Below, piece after piece: positions 35,366 to 46,461 of a stretch of DNA of 64,000 bases. Each line of letters opens with the position of its first letter. Positions within the stretch are counted from its first letter, which is position 1. Both the position numbers and the translations under genes were made by a program. Source of the stretch: an uncultured Acidobacteriota bacterium (GTDB taxonomy: Bacteria > Acidobacteriota > Thermoanaerobaculia > Multivoradales > UBA5704); assembly GCA_963718645.1 (NCBI GenBank), contig OY970373.1, positions 4,202,452-4,266,451 of the forward strand, read 5' to 3'. Below the pieces are notes generated by a model. That model did not search any database and was not told the origin of the DNA. It saw only the letters and a list, made by a program, of their open reading frames with translations.

Positions 35366-37447
35366 TCAACCCGCCTTCCGCATGTTCTTTTCCGCCTCGT
35401 CCAGCGCCACCTTGAGGATCTCGACCTCCTCGTCCTCCAGCGCCTGGCCGCCGAAGCTCTCGCGCAGATAGAAATCGATCACGCGGGCCGTCGGCGCCGC
35501 CGCCGCCGGAAAGCGGGATTCGGCCTCGCGGCGCACCGCCAGCGGCGGCGCCGAATCGGGGAGCGCGGCGCCCCGCCGGCCGAGACGCCGCCGCAACCGC
35601 CGGTAGGCGGCGGTGGCGGTCAGCGGCGGGCGCATCCGCAGGTAGAGCACCCAGACCACCACCGCCAGGAGCGTCATCGTGATCGCCAGCGGCAGGGGGA
35701 TGTCCGGCAGGCCGTGATGGCCACCGGAGTCGAGCCTGCCGGGACGGAGCGCGTCGAGGGCCGACGGCGAGGGGTGCGACGGCTTCCCGGGCCTCTCGTC
35801 GTGCTTGAAGTGGGCCCAGAAATCGATCCAGAGCTCGCGCAGGCTGCCGAAGATCCGGAGCTGATCGTAGAGGCCGAAGGTGAGCACGTAGCGGTCCCAG
35901 CGGAAGATCAGGAAGTCCCAGGCCTGCTGCGCCAGCAGCCCCGCCCCTTCGGCGCCCGCGGCCGGCCGGCCGGCGGGGGGCGTGGGGTCGAAGAGGCGCC
36001 AGCCGACGCCGTCCAGCCAGGCTTCCACCCAGGCGTGGGCGTTGTTCTCCCGCACGATGTAGTAGCCCTCGAAAGGGTTGTACTCGCCGCCGAGGAAGCC
36101 GGTCACCAGGCGCGCCGGAATCCCTTGCGAGCGCAGCATCAGCACCATCGCCGAGGCGAAGTACTCGCACTGCCCGCTGTGGTAGCGGAAGAGGAAATCC
36201 TCGATCGGGTTGTTGGGCGAGCGCCCCACGAAATCGAGCGTGTAGGTGTAGTTGTCGATCAGGTGGCTCTCGAGCCGGCGGGCCCGCTTGGTGGCCGTCC
36301 CCTCTCCCATCACCTCCGACGCCAGGGCGGCGATCTTCGGCGTCATGCCGGTGAGGTCGAGCGCGGAGTCGCCGGGGCCGACGGGGGACGCGCCGGCGAG
36401 CACCGGCGCCTGGGCCAGGCCCACCCGGTATTCGAAGACCTCGAGGGGGTTGAACGGGAAGGAGACGGCGCCGCCGGCGTCGATCAGCAGCGAGGACGCG
36501 CGGGGCTCGATCACTGTGGTCTCCACCGGCAGCGGCATGCTCTGGCTGTGCAGGGGCTGGAGCCAGATGTGCGCCCAGCGGACCGGCTTCGCGGTGCCGA
36601 GGCGGAAGCGCACGCCCTGCCCGCGCGCCAGGTTGCCCAGGCTCGGCGAGCGGCGCCAGCTCCCCCCCTGATAGACGTCGTAGGTGGCGGTCTTGAAGCG
36701 CATCTCGCGGTCGGCGCCGGAGGCCGTCTCGTCTTGCACCCGCATCACCACCTCGCGGCTGCCGCGGATGCGGCCGATCGAGTCGAGGGTGACCTGGTCG
36801 GAGAAGCCCGCGGACTCCAGGGTGACGCCGGTGCCGCTGCCGCGGCCGACGATGAACGGCGCGCGTACCCGTGGCAGGAGCAGGAAGAGCGGCACCGCGA
36901 TCGCCGCCGTGGCGGCCGTGGACATCAGCAGAAACCCGCGCAGGGGAATGCGGGCGAGCGCCGGGTCCTCGCGGCCGAAGCCGGAGAGGACGTGGAGAAA
37001 GGCGAAGCGGGTCAGCAGCACCAGCGCCAGCACCAGGAACCCGATCAGATAGATCACGATCGTCGGGTGGACGCTGGTGCCCATCGCGGCCAGGAAGAGG
37101 AAGAAGACGCCGATCGACGCCTGCCACTTGTCGCGCTCGCGGACGATGGCGAAGAGCTTGACCAGCAGCGCGAAGAGGGCCAGGTGGATCACCGGCGGCA
37201 CCAGGCCGCGCGAGAAGATGAAGATGTCGAGGAAGAAGAGAGGGATGTAGGCCAGCCCGAGGACGTTCATCCCCCAGGGGGGCAGCCAGCGCTGCTCGTC
37301 GCGGCTCGCCCGCCGCAGGAAAACGGCGACGCCGATCAGATAGAGGATCACCAGCGGCCAGCCCACGACGCCGTTGAACGGCAGGGGGATGGGCGCGACC
37401 AGCGCCAGCCAGCCGAGCAGGAGCCGCTTCTGCCGTGCGAAGCTCAT
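35366..37447 (-). CDS. Transglutaminase-like membrane protein (TgpA-type: DUF3488 TM region + TGase core + DUF4129)
   Basis: An N-terminal multi-TM region is followed by ...YHSGQCEYFASAMVLMLRSQGIPARLVTGF...NAHAWVEAWLDGVGWRLFDPT (the Cys-His-Asp triad). Confidence 0.85.
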   Translation of the reverse strand: MSFARQKRLLLGWLALVAPIPLPFNGVVGWPLVILYLIGVAVFLRRASRDEQRWLPPWGMNVLGLAYIPLFFLDIFIFSRGLVPPVIHLALFALLVKLFAIVRERDKWQASIGVFFLFLAAMGTSVHPTIVIYLIGFLVLALVLLTRFAFLHVLSGFGREDPALARIPLRGFLLMSTAATAAIAVPLFLLLPRVRAPFIVGRGSGTGVTLESAGFSDQVTLDSIGRIRGSREVVMRVQDETASGADREMRFKTATYDVYQGGSWRRSPSLGNLARGQGVRFRLGTAKPVRWAHIWLQPLHSQSMPLPVETTVIEPRASSLLIDAGGAVSFPFNPLEVFEYRVGLAQAPVLAGASPVGPGDSALDLTGMTPKIAALASEVMGEGTATKRARRLESHLIDNYTYTLDFVGRSPNNPIEDFLFRYHSGQCEYFASAMVLMLRSQGIPARLVTGFLGGEYNPFEGYYIVRENNAHAWVEAWLDGVGWRLFDPTPPAGRPAAGAEGAGLLAQQAWDFLIFRWDRYVLTFGLYDQLRIFGSLRELWIDFWAHFKHDERPGKPSHPSPSALDALRPGRLDSGGHHGLPDIPLPLAITMTLLAVVVWVLYLRMRPPLTATAAYRRLRRRLGRRGAALPDSAPPLAVRREAESRFPAAAAPTARVIDFYLRESFGGQALEDEEVEILKVALDEAEKNMRKAG

Positions 37448-38544
37448 CCCGCCAGCCTCACCGGAGACTCGAAATCGAGATGGACGCGGACCTGCGGCGC
37501 CCGCGGATCGCCGGACACCAGCGGTTCGGTCTCGCGCGGCCGGGCCTGGATGACGGCGAGCGCCTCCAGCACGGCCAGGCGCTGGCGGGGGCCGGTGGCG
37601 AAGGCCAGGACGCCGCCCCGCGTCACCAGCTCGACCTCGTAGCCACGCGCCAGGTGATCGACGGCGATCGTCGCCGCCTCGCTGACCAGCCGCTCAAAAC
37701 GGCTCTGCTCGGCGGCTCCCTTGAGCTCACCCACCGCGTTGTCGAACAGGATCGACAGCCGCCGGCTCCGCTCGGCGGTCCGCTCGGTGAACACCAGCTC
37801 GCCGGTGCGCGCCGTCTGCTTCCAGTGGATGCCGCGCGGATCGTCGCCGCGGCGGAAGGCGCGCAGGGCGTAGAGGTCGTGACCGCGGCCGCTGCGCCGG
37901 CTGGGATCGTCGCCCGCCTGCTCGGAATCCTGAAGATCGCTGCCGCCGGCCGGAAAGAGCTCGGGGAAGACCAGCACCTCGCAGTCGACGCGGTAGCGCA
38001 CACCCTTGCGGAAGAAGCCGAAGGGGAAGAGGCTCGCCACGTGCACCCAGGGGAAGCGGTGGAAGCCCCGCGTGCCCACCATCATCTCGAGCTGGCCGAC
38101 GCTCTTGCCCCGCCGCGGCAGGTAGGGGATGAGCAGCGGCGCCCCCGAACGGGCGAGGGTGACGAGCAGGAACCAGCGCGGGAAGACCAGGGCGCGGCTG
38201 CGCAGCCGGAAGCCCACCGAGAACGGGCGGTTGGCGAACAGCTCGCTGGGGGGCTCGAGCTCCGCCACCAGGCCGCGGACGTTCTCGCGCGAGGCGATCC
38301 CGGAGACGATCAGCAGCGCGAACATCAGCGCCAGCACCATGTAGAGCGCGTTGTTGCCGGTGTTGGTGGCGGCGATCGCCACCAGGACGGTGAAGAGGAC
38401 GTACCAGAGCCCGACGGTGGTGATGCGGATGCCCTCGGGCACGGCGCGGCGGGAGAAGAATCCGCCGGACCACGGGGGTGAGGGCTCGGCCGCGGGCGGC
38501 GGACCCGGCTTGCTCGGCCGGCTCGGCTTGCCTGGCCAGCTCAC
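37444..38544 (-). CDS. DUF58 (vWA-like) protein
   Basis: ...GDDPRGIHWKQTARTGELVFTER... is the DUF58 signature. It is ATGA-coupled to both moxR (upstream) and tgpA (downstream). Confidence 0.8.
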   Translation of the reverse strand: MSWPGKPSRPSKPGPPPAAEPSPPWSGGFFSRRAVPEGIRITTVGLWYVLFTVLVAIAATNTGNNALYMVLALMFALLIVSGIASRENVRGLVAELEPPSELFANRPFSVGFRLRSRALVFPRWFLLVTLARSGAPLLIPYLPRRGKSVGQLEMMVGTRGFHRFPWVHVASLFPFGFFRKGVRYRVDCEVLVFPELFPAGGSDLQDSEQAGDDPSRRSGRGHDLYALRAFRRGDDPRGIHWKQTARTGELVFTERTAERSRRLSILFDNAVGELKGAAEQSRFERLVSEAATIAVDHLARGYEVELVTRGGVLAFATGPRQRLAVLEALAVIQARPRETEPLVSGDPRAPQVRVHLDFESPVRLAG

Positions 38545-39503
38545 AGGGGCACCGGCGTCGTCGCCACCACCCGCTCGATCGCTCGCCTCGCCTGGTCGAG
38601 GTCGGCCGTACCCCGCTTGAGGGCGATGCGGTGCGACAGCACCGGCCCGGCGAGCCGCTGCACGTCGTCGGGGATCACGTAGCCGCGCCCCTCGCAGAGC
38701 GCCAGCGCCTGGGAGGCGCGGAAGAGCGACTGCAGGCCGCGCGTCGACACGCCGAGCATGAAATCGCCACCGTGGCGGGTGGCCTCGGCGAGCGTCAGCA
38801 TGTAGTCCGCCAGCTTGTCGGCGACGCGCACGCGCGCCACCCGCTCCTGGAGGTCGATCAGCCCGTCGCGCGAGAGGACCGGCTCCAGATGTTCGAGGAG
38901 GTCCTCGACGCCCCCCGACATCAGCAGCTCCTTCTCGTCCGCCCGCGGCGGGTAGCCGAGCGAGAGCGACATCAGGAAGCGGTCGAGCTGCGACTCCGGC
39001 AGCGGGAAGGTCCCCTGGTGCTCCAGCGGGTTCTGGGTGGCCAGCACGACGAAGGGCTCGGGGAGCGAGAAGCGCTGGCGCTCCACCGACACCTTGCGCT
39101 CGCTCATCGCCTCCAGCAGGGCCGACTGGGTCTTGGGGGTAGCGCGGTTGATCTCGTCGGCCAGCACCACGTTGGCGAACAGCGGCCCGGAGACGAACTC
39201 GAAGATCTGGTTCTTCTGGTTGTAGATCGACACCCCGATGATGTCGGAGGGGAGCAGGTCGCTGGTGAACTGGATGCGCTGAAAGGAGAGGCCGAGCGAG
39301 CGCGCCAGCGCCTGGGCCAGGGTGGTCTTGCCGACGCCGGGAACGTCCTCGAGCAGGACGTGCCCGCGGGCGAGCAGGCAGACGGTGGCGAGGCGGATCA
39401 CCTCGCGCTTGCCACGGATGACGCGGGCGACGTTCTCCTCCAGCCGGCGGATCGGCTCCGCGGCGTGGACAGCGTCACTGGTTTCGACGGCGATGGATTC
39501 CAT
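38541..39503 (-). CDS. moxR: MoxR-like AAA+ ATPase
   Basis: ...VLLEDVPGVGKTTLAQALARSL...VVLADEINRATPKTQSALLEAM...VLATQNPLE. Confidence 0.9.
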   Translation of the reverse strand: MESIAVETSDAVHAAEPIRRLEENVARVIRGKREVIRLATVCLLARGHVLLEDVPGVGKTTLAQALARSLGLSFQRIQFTSDLLPSDIIGVSIYNQKNQIFEFVSGPLFANVVLADEINRATPKTQSALLEAMSERKVSVERQRFSLPEPFVVLATQNPLEHQGTFPLPESQLDRFLMSLSLGYPPRADEKELLMSGGVEDLLEHLEPVLSRDGLIDLQERVARVRVADKLADYMLTLAEATRHGGDFMLGVSTRGLQSLFRASQALALCEGRGYVIPDDVQRLAGPVLSHRIALKRGTADLDQARRAIERVVATTPVPL

Positions 39504-39664
39504 CTGATGCCTTGACGGGAAGGTCCCGACGATCGTTTAAGGATGAGAGACTATAGCGATTCAACAGCGGTTCAATGGCCGCCCAGCCGCTCCTCGACGT
39601 CTCCCAGAACGCGGGGAGGCCCAGATGGATTTCCAGTAGGACGGATTATATCTCCCCAGAGGAT

Positions 39665-39693
39665 TTGACCGCCGCATTACCGTCTTCTAAGAT
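39665..39693 (+). promoter_or_regulatory. recA sigma70-type promoter
   Basis: TTGACC (39665-39670), a 17-nt spacer, then TAAGAT (39688-39693). Confidence 0.55.
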
Positions 39694-39700
39694 AGGGGCT

Positions 39701-39715
39701 CGAACCGGCGGCGAA
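39701..39715 (+). promoter_or_regulatory. LexA-box-like direct repeat GAACN7GAAG (compare GAAC/GTTC-N7-GAAC/GTTC) overlapping the predicted recA transcription start
   Basis: GAACcggcggcGAAG lies 8 nt downstream of the -10 and about 83 nt upstream of the recA ATG. It has one mismatch to the direct-repeat LexA box of Alphaproteobacteria and Acidobacteria. Confidence 0.35.
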
Positions 39716-39797
39716 GGCGTCACCCCCCGCGATCCCGAGGAAGCGATTAGACTATGGGTCCAGGAACCTCCCGGACCCTAAGGAGCGAAAAAGACCC

Positions 39798-40838
<1,041 letters not shown>

Positions 40839-40937
40839 GAAAGAACAGGGACGAGCACGGACGAACAGGGACTCACACGGACCGGCACCGTGTTCGTCCC
40901 AGTGAGTCCGTGTCCGTCCCTGCTCGTCCGTGGGGTG
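40839..40937. repeat. Repeat family D copy 2: long ACGGAC-rich hairpin between convergent recA and the DUF4388 gene (probable bidirectional terminator)
   Basis: TAGGAAAGAACAGGGACGAGCACGGACGAACAGGGACTCACACGGACC...GGTGTTCGTCCCAGTGAGTCCGTGTCCGTCCCTGCTCGTCCGTGG. Confidence 0.6.
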
Positions 40938-42051
40938 CTACGAGGCCGGCCGGAACACCCGCCGCCACCAGCGCTGGAAAGCCGGCTGGCTCTGCGTCTC
41001 GGCCCTCGCCGCGAGCGTCTCGACGGGGGCCGGAAGCAGGGCGAGCCGCCCTTTCTGGAGCTGGAGCAGGAACAGGTCCATCTCGCGGCCACGGACGCGG
41101 ACGTCGCCGGAGAAGGCGTCCCCCAGCGAGGTCTTGCCGTCGAAGCGGGCGTAGAAGTCGCGCGCCCGCGCCGGCATCCGCGTCTGCTCGTCGTCGGCCG
41201 GCTCCTCCACCCACACCGGATAGCAGCGCTCCAGCAGGTCGAGCGGCACCGCCATGTGCCGCCGCGCGACCAGCACCTGCTCCTCGGTCGCCTGCTCCAG
41301 CAGCAGGTCGTAGACGCTCATCTCGTGGGTTCCCCCCGCCGCCGCCTCGCGGACCTCCGCGATGTCGAGCACCGCCGCGACGCAGAGCCGGAAGGTGCCG
41401 TCGAGGAAGCGGAAATAGGAGCCGCGGACCTTCTTGTAGAGATCGTCCACGGTCTTCTGACCGTCCACCTGGCGGATCACGCGCTGCTGGACCGGCGTCA
41501 GATCCGCGCCACCCGGCCAGCGGTCGCCCCGCCGGAGCACGATGTCGTCGTGCACCAGGACGCGGCGGATGCGGCCGGCCTCGTCGAGCCGGCGGGTCCC
41601 CTCCATCACCAGCCCCAGGGTGTTGATCGGCTCCGGCAGGATCTCCTCGTCCTGCGGCAGCTCGGCCTGGAAGTAGAAGATGCCGCGCTGCCAGAGGAAG
41701 AGGTCGCAGATCACGTCCTCGATCTGCTCGCGCAGGGTCTGCTGGATGACCTCCGCGGAGAGCATCTCCAGCTCCCGCAGAGCCACTCCGAGGCGGCAGC
41801 CCTGGGCCGTGCAGCGGCTCAGCGCCTTGAAGAGCTGCTCGTCGGTGAGATGGCCGTTGAGCACCAGGTGCTGGCCGTAGTACTCGGCCGAATCGTTCGA
41901 CAGGCAGCCCACGACCTCGCCGTTATGGAGATAGATCCGCTTCTCGCGCTCCGTGCGGCGGATCACCAGCGCGCCGGTGCAGCGCTCGTTCTTCGCCCAC
42001 TGCAGAAGGTCGCTGAGGGGAAAGGCGGCCAGTCTTCCTGAGAATTCCATA
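40938..42051 (-). CDS. DUF4388 domain protein (PatA-N-like)
   Basis: MEFSGRLAAFPLSDLLQWAKNERCTGALVIRRTEREKRIYLHNGEVVG... Confidence 0.6.
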
Positions 42052-42110
42052 AGCGGCTTTCTCCAATTGTACCAGCAGCCTGGAGAATTTCCCGCCGCGG
42101 AGGCGCTGTT

Positions 42111-45068
42111 ATGCTTGCCGCCATGCATGCCTCCAAGCGCTTTCTCCTGGGCGGTGCCCTCCTCCTCGGCCTCACGCTCCCATCGGCTGCCGCCAACCTT
42201 CCCTGCCGGCCATGCGCCGGGCTGCGCGTCGAGCCCGGAGTTGCCGCGGCCGGCCCGGCCGACGTCGCCCGCGTCCTGAAGCCGGGCAGCCTGGAGCCCG
42301 GAAGCCCGCTCTTCGTCGCCTGGGAGCTCCCGCTCGACGGCAGCGCCGATCCGGGCGTGCCGGCCACGGTGCGCGACAGCGGCGCGACCCCCTGGATGTC
42401 GCTGGTCTTCCGCACCCCGCCGCCGCTCGCCCAAGGGGGCGAACGTCTCCAGGCCGAGCTGCGCGCCGCGGCCGGCGCGGCGGCGAAGGCGCCGGCCGGC
42501 ACCTGGTTCCAGGTGGTCTGGCGGCCGGAGACGGGGGAGTTCTCGCCCACCGAGTACGCCTTCCTGCTCAAGCGGGCCGCGGTGACGCTGACCGGCGCTC
42601 AGGGCCAGGGCAAGGTGGCCACCGAGGCGCTCCCCGCCGATCCCAAGATCCTCCAAGCGTTCTACGGCGAGGAGGTGGCCGCCTACCTGGAGGCGGTGGC
42701 GCTCCAACCGGCCCCGCCCGCGGCGCTCAAAGCGGCCGTCGACGCGGTGCAGAGCCTCGATCCCGGCCGGCCGGTGGTGCTCGACGCGCTGGCGATGCCC
42801 TCTCCGCCCGCCGATCCGGCGGAGATGCTCGCCGCCGCCGCCCGCGAATCGGTGGCGGGGATCGACCTGACGCTGTTCGCGGCGCCGGGGCTGGAGGCGA
42901 AGGGGCTGGTCCCCGCGCTCTCGCCGCTGGTCCTCCTCGCCCGCGAGTTCAAGGGGGACGTCTCCTACGATCCCGGCTCCTCGCCCTCCGGCGCCGAGGA
43001 GGCGTGGACGTTCGTGGCCGGCAAGGACCTCTCCCTGCGGGTGATCGCCCTCGCGCCTTCCGGCGCCCAGACTCTGACGCTCCGCTTCGCCGATCCCGAT
43101 CTTCGCCGGCCGGTACGCTTCCCCATCGGCGGCGAGCGGGTGCCGCCGCCGGGCGGCCAGGTCAGCGGCGGCGCCCTGGTGCTCAACGTGGGCTCGCCCG
43201 GACGGGTGGCCGTACTCGGCCTCGACCGCCCGACCGCCGCCGAACGCCAGGGGGTGGAGGAGAAGGTCACCGTCTCGTCGACGCGCGAGATCCCGGTCGA
43301 GGAGATCCTCCGCCGCCTGCAGGCGTTCGAGGACGCTCAAGGCCGCCGGCTCGAGCACTACAGCGCCGTCAACACGACCTCCCTCCGCTTCCAGCCGGCG
43401 GCGGGGACCAACGCCATCGAGGCGACGCTCCAGGGGCCCTTCTTCTTCGATCCCAGGACCGGCGCCGACTGGGCCTGGCAGACGCTCTACGTCAACGGCG
43501 TCCGCTGGCGCGCCAAGACGCTCCCCGAGATCCCGCTGATCCAGCCCGAGAAGGCGGCGGCCCTGCCGCTGGAGATTCACTTCACCAGGGAATATCGCTA
43601 CCGCCTGCGCGGCTCGGACCGCATCGACGGCCGCGACGCCTGGGTGGTCGACTTCGCGCCGGCCGGATCGGGCGAGGCCGGCAAGCTCCACCAGGGGTCG
43701 GTGTGGATCGACAAGCAGCTCTTCTCCCGCCTGCGCACGCGCGCCGTACAGGTGGGGCTCGAGGGCGAGATCCTCTCGAACGAGGAGACGCTCTACTACT
43801 CCCCCGTGGACGCGGCCGGCCAAGCCGCGCCCTGGTCGGCGCAGAGCTACGTGCTGCCGCTACGGCTGGTGGCGCAGCAGATCCTCTCGGTGGTGAACAA
43901 CACGACGGTGGTGGAGCGCGAGACGCGGCTGACCGACGTCAGGATCAACGCGGCGGGCTTCGACGAGGCGCGCAAGCAGGTCGACGCCTCGGACGTGACG
44001 ATGGTGCGCGACACCGACAAGGGACTGCGCTACCTGGTGAAGAACGAGCAGGGCGAGCGCGTGGTCAAGGAGGGGTTCAGCGTCAGCAAGCTGTTCGGCG
44101 CGGCCGGCCTGTTCTACGACGATTCCCTGAGCTATCCGCTGCCGCTCGCCGGCATCAACTACTTCTCGTTCGACTTCAAGGGGACCGGCCAGCAGGTCAA
44201 CCTCTTCTACGGCGGCGTGCTGCTGATCGGCAACGTCGCCCAGCCCCGCGTCTTCGGCAGCCGCTTCGACGCCGGCGCGCAGGTCTTCGCGCTCGCCGTC
44301 CCCTTCACCGACACGCTCTACCGTAACGGCAAGGAGATCAAGGACGAGGCGGTCAAGCAGCTCCCGGCCAACGTCGGCTTCCGGCTCGGCCATCCGATCG
44401 GCAACTTCGTCAAGGTCAGCGGCGAGTACCAGATCCTCTACTTCCACTACGGCAGCGCGGACACCACGGGGAAGGGCTTCGTGCTGCCGAGCAGCAACTA
44501 CACCCACTCCCTCTCGCTGGAGACCAGCTACGCCCGCTCGGGGTACCGGCTGTCCGCCTCCGGCAGCTACAACCTGCGCTCGCAGTGGGACGCCTGGGGC
44601 TTCCCCGGCAACCCCGACTTCGACAAGGACAAGAAGGACTTCCTGCGCTGGGACGCCGGGGCGAGCAAGAACTGGTACCTGCCCAAATTCCAGAAGATCG
44701 GGCTCGAATTCGACTACGCGTCCGGCTCGAACCTCGACCGCTTCAGCAAGTACCAGTTCGGCTTCTTCGGCGGCACCCGCGTCCACGGCTACCAGAGCAA
44801 CAGCGTGCGGGCGACCACCATCTACGCCGGCCACGGCTCCTACGGCTTCGAGATCGGCGAGGCGTTCCGCGTCGACGCGGTCGCCGACGCCGCTCTGGCC
44901 ACGGACCGGGAGAACGGCCTGCAAAACGAGCTGCTGGGGGGCGTCGGCATCGCGGGGACGTTCATTGGCCCCTGGCAGACGGTGGTGAACCTCGACATCG
45001 GCACCCCGGTGGCCGGCCCGGACCACGGCTTCACGCTCTATCTGGTGTTCCTGAAGCTGTTCAAGTAG
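42111..45068 (+). CDS. Large exported protein (985 aa) with signal peptide, LolA/RseB-like middle region and a C-terminal putative outer-membrane beta-barrel
   Basis: MLAAMHASKRFLLGGALLLGLTLPSAAAN... The C-terminal 350 aa are rich in alternating aromatic beta-strand patterns (YQILYFHYGSAD, GYRLSASGSYNL...). An alternative ATG lies at 42123. Confidence 0.6.
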   Translation: MLAAMHASKRFLLGGALLLGLTLPSAAANLPCRPCAGLRVEPGVAAAGPADVARVLKPGSLEPGSPLFVAWELPLDGSADPGVPATVRDSGATPWMSLVFRTPPPLAQGGERLQAELRAAAGAAAKAPAGTWFQVVWRPETGEFSPTEYAFLLKRAAVTLTGAQGQGKVATEALPADPKILQAFYGEEVAAYLEAVALQPAPPAALKAAVDAVQSLDPGRPVVLDALAMPSPPADPAEMLAAAARESVAGIDLTLFAAPGLEAKGLVPALSPLVLLAREFKGDVSYDPGSSPSGAEEAWTFVAGKDLSLRVIALAPSGAQTLTLRFADPDLRRPVRFPIGGERVPPPGGQVSGGALVLNVGSPGRVAVLGLDRPTAAERQGVEEKVTVSSTREIPVEEILRRLQAFEDAQGRRLEHYSAVNTTSLRFQPAAGTNAIEATLQGPFFFDPRTGADWAWQTLYVNGVRWRAKTLPEIPLIQPEKAAALPLEIHFTREYRYRLRGSDRIDGRDAWVVDFAPAGSGEAGKLHQGSVWIDKQLFSRLRTRAVQVGLEGEILSNEETLYYSPVDAAGQAAPWSAQSYVLPLRLVAQQILSVVNNTTVVERETRLTDVRINAAGFDEARKQVDASDVTMVRDTDKGLRYLVKNEQGERVVKEGFSVSKLFGAAGLFYDDSLSYPLPLAGINYFSFDFKGTGQQVNLFYGGVLLIGNVAQPRVFGSRFDAGAQVFALAVPFTDTLYRNGKEIKDEAVKQLPANVGFRLGHPIGNFVKVSGEYQILYFHYGSADTTGKGFVLPSSNYTHSLSLETSYARSGYRLSASGSYNLRSQWDAWGFPGNPDFDKDKKDFLRWDAGASKNWYLPKFQKIGLEFDYASGSNLDRFSKYQFGFFGGTRVHGYQSNSVRATTIYAGHGSYGFEIGEAFRVDAVADAALATDRENGLQNELLGGVGIAGTFIGPWQTVVNLDIGTPVAGPDHGFTLYLVFLKLFK

Positions 45069-45091
45069 GGGCGGCCACATAGGGCCGCCCC
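45068..45091. terminator. Bidirectional hairpin between convergent genes
   Basis: GGGGCGGCC acatag GGCCGCCCC. Confidence 0.5.
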
Positions 45092-46449
45092 TACGACCCT
45101 TTCTTCGCCTTCACCTCTTCGCGCAACGCGCGGTACCGCGCCAGCCTCTCCTTCAGCTTCGCCTCGAACCCATCCCCTTTCGGCTCGTAGAAGCGGGTCC
45201 CCTGAAGCGATTCGGGGAGGCAGTCGATCCCTCCCACCCCCTCCTCGGTGTGGGGGGCGTAGACGTAGCCGGAGCCGTAGCCGACCTCCTTCATCAGCCG
45301 GGTCGGAGCGTTGCGGATCGCCATCGGCACCGGATCGGCGGGGCGCTCCTCGACGGTGCGGCGGGCCGCCTTGTAGCCGTCGTAGAGGGCGACGCTCTTG
45401 GGCGCCAGCGCGAGGTAGAGCACCGCCTGCGCCAGCGCCAGCTCGCCCTCCGGCGAGCCGAGGCGCTTGAACGCGTCCCAGGCGGCGAGGGTCTGCGTCA
45501 GCGCCTGCGGATCGGCCAGCCCGACGTCCTCGCTGGCGAAGCGGACGATCCGGCGGGCGACGTAGAGCGGGTCCTCGCCGGAGGCCAGCATGCGGGCGAA
45601 CCAGTAGAGCGCGGCGTCGGGATCGCTCTCGCGCAGCGACTTGTGGAGGGCGGAGATGAGGTTGTAGTGCTCCTCCCCGGACTTGTCGTAGAGCAGCACC
45701 TTGCGCTGGGCGATCCGGCGCACCGTCTCGCCGTCGATCACGTTACCGTCCGCGTCCGCCGCCGCCAGCTCCAGGAGGTTGAGGGCCTTCCGCGCGTCCC
45801 CGGAGGCGAGCTGCGCCAGCTCGGCCAGCGCGCCGTCGTCGGCCTCGACGCCGGACGTTCCCAGACCCCGCTCCGGATCGGCCAGCGCCCGCCGCATCAT
45901 CGCGGCCAAGCTCTCGGGACTCAGCGGCTCCAGCACGATCACCCGGCAGCGCGAGAGGAGCGCCGCGTTGAGCTCGAAGGAGGGGTTCTCGGTGGTCGCC
46001 CCCACCAGTACCACGTCGCCGCTCTCGACGTAAGGGAGGAAGGCGTCCTGCTGGGCACGGTTGAAGCGGTGGATCTCGTCGACGAAGAGGAGCGTGCGGC
46101 GCCCCTGGGCCTTGCGCAGCCGCACCGCCTCGGCCATCACCTCCTTGACCTCCTTGATGCCGGAGGTGACCGCCGAGAAGGGGACGAAGTGCGACAAGGT
46201 GACGGTGGCGATGATGCGCGCGAGGGTGGTCTTGCCGGTCCCCGGCGGCCCCCAGAAGATCAGCGACGGCACGCGGTCCGCGGCGATCGCCCGGCGCAGG
46301 AAGCCCCCCTCGCCTACCACCTTCTCCTGCCCCACCACCTCGTCGAGGGTGCGCGGACGGATCCGCTCGGCGAGCGGCGCGACGCCCGCCACCGTCTCGG
46401 GCACGGCGGGAGCGGGCGGTTCCTGGTCGTCGAACAGCGAGCGGGGCAT
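45091..46449 (-). CDS. rarA: Replication-associated recombination protein A (RarA/MgsA, AAA+)
   Basis: ...SLIFWGPPGTGKTTLARII...LLFVDEIHRFNRAQQDAFLPYVE... Confidence 0.9.
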   Translation of the reverse strand: MPRSLFDDQEPPAPAVPETVAGVAPLAERIRPRTLDEVVGQEKVVGEGGFLRRAIAADRVPSLIFWGPPGTGKTTLARIIATVTLSHFVPFSAVTSGIKEVKEVMAEAVRLRKAQGRRTLLFVDEIHRFNRAQQDAFLPYVESGDVVLVGATTENPSFELNAALLSRCRVIVLEPLSPESLAAMMRRALADPERGLGTSGVEADDGALAELAQLASGDARKALNLLELAAADADGNVIDGETVRRIAQRKVLLYDKSGEEHYNLISALHKSLRESDPDAALYWFARMLASGEDPLYVARRIVRFASEDVGLADPQALTQTLAAWDAFKRLGSPEGELALAQAVLYLALAPKSVALYDGYKAARRTVEERPADPVPMAIRNAPTRLMKEVGYGSGYVYAPHTEEGVGGIDCLPESLQGTRFYEPKGDGFEAKLKERLARYRALREEVKAKKGS

Positions 46450-46461
46450 GGGACGAAGGCC

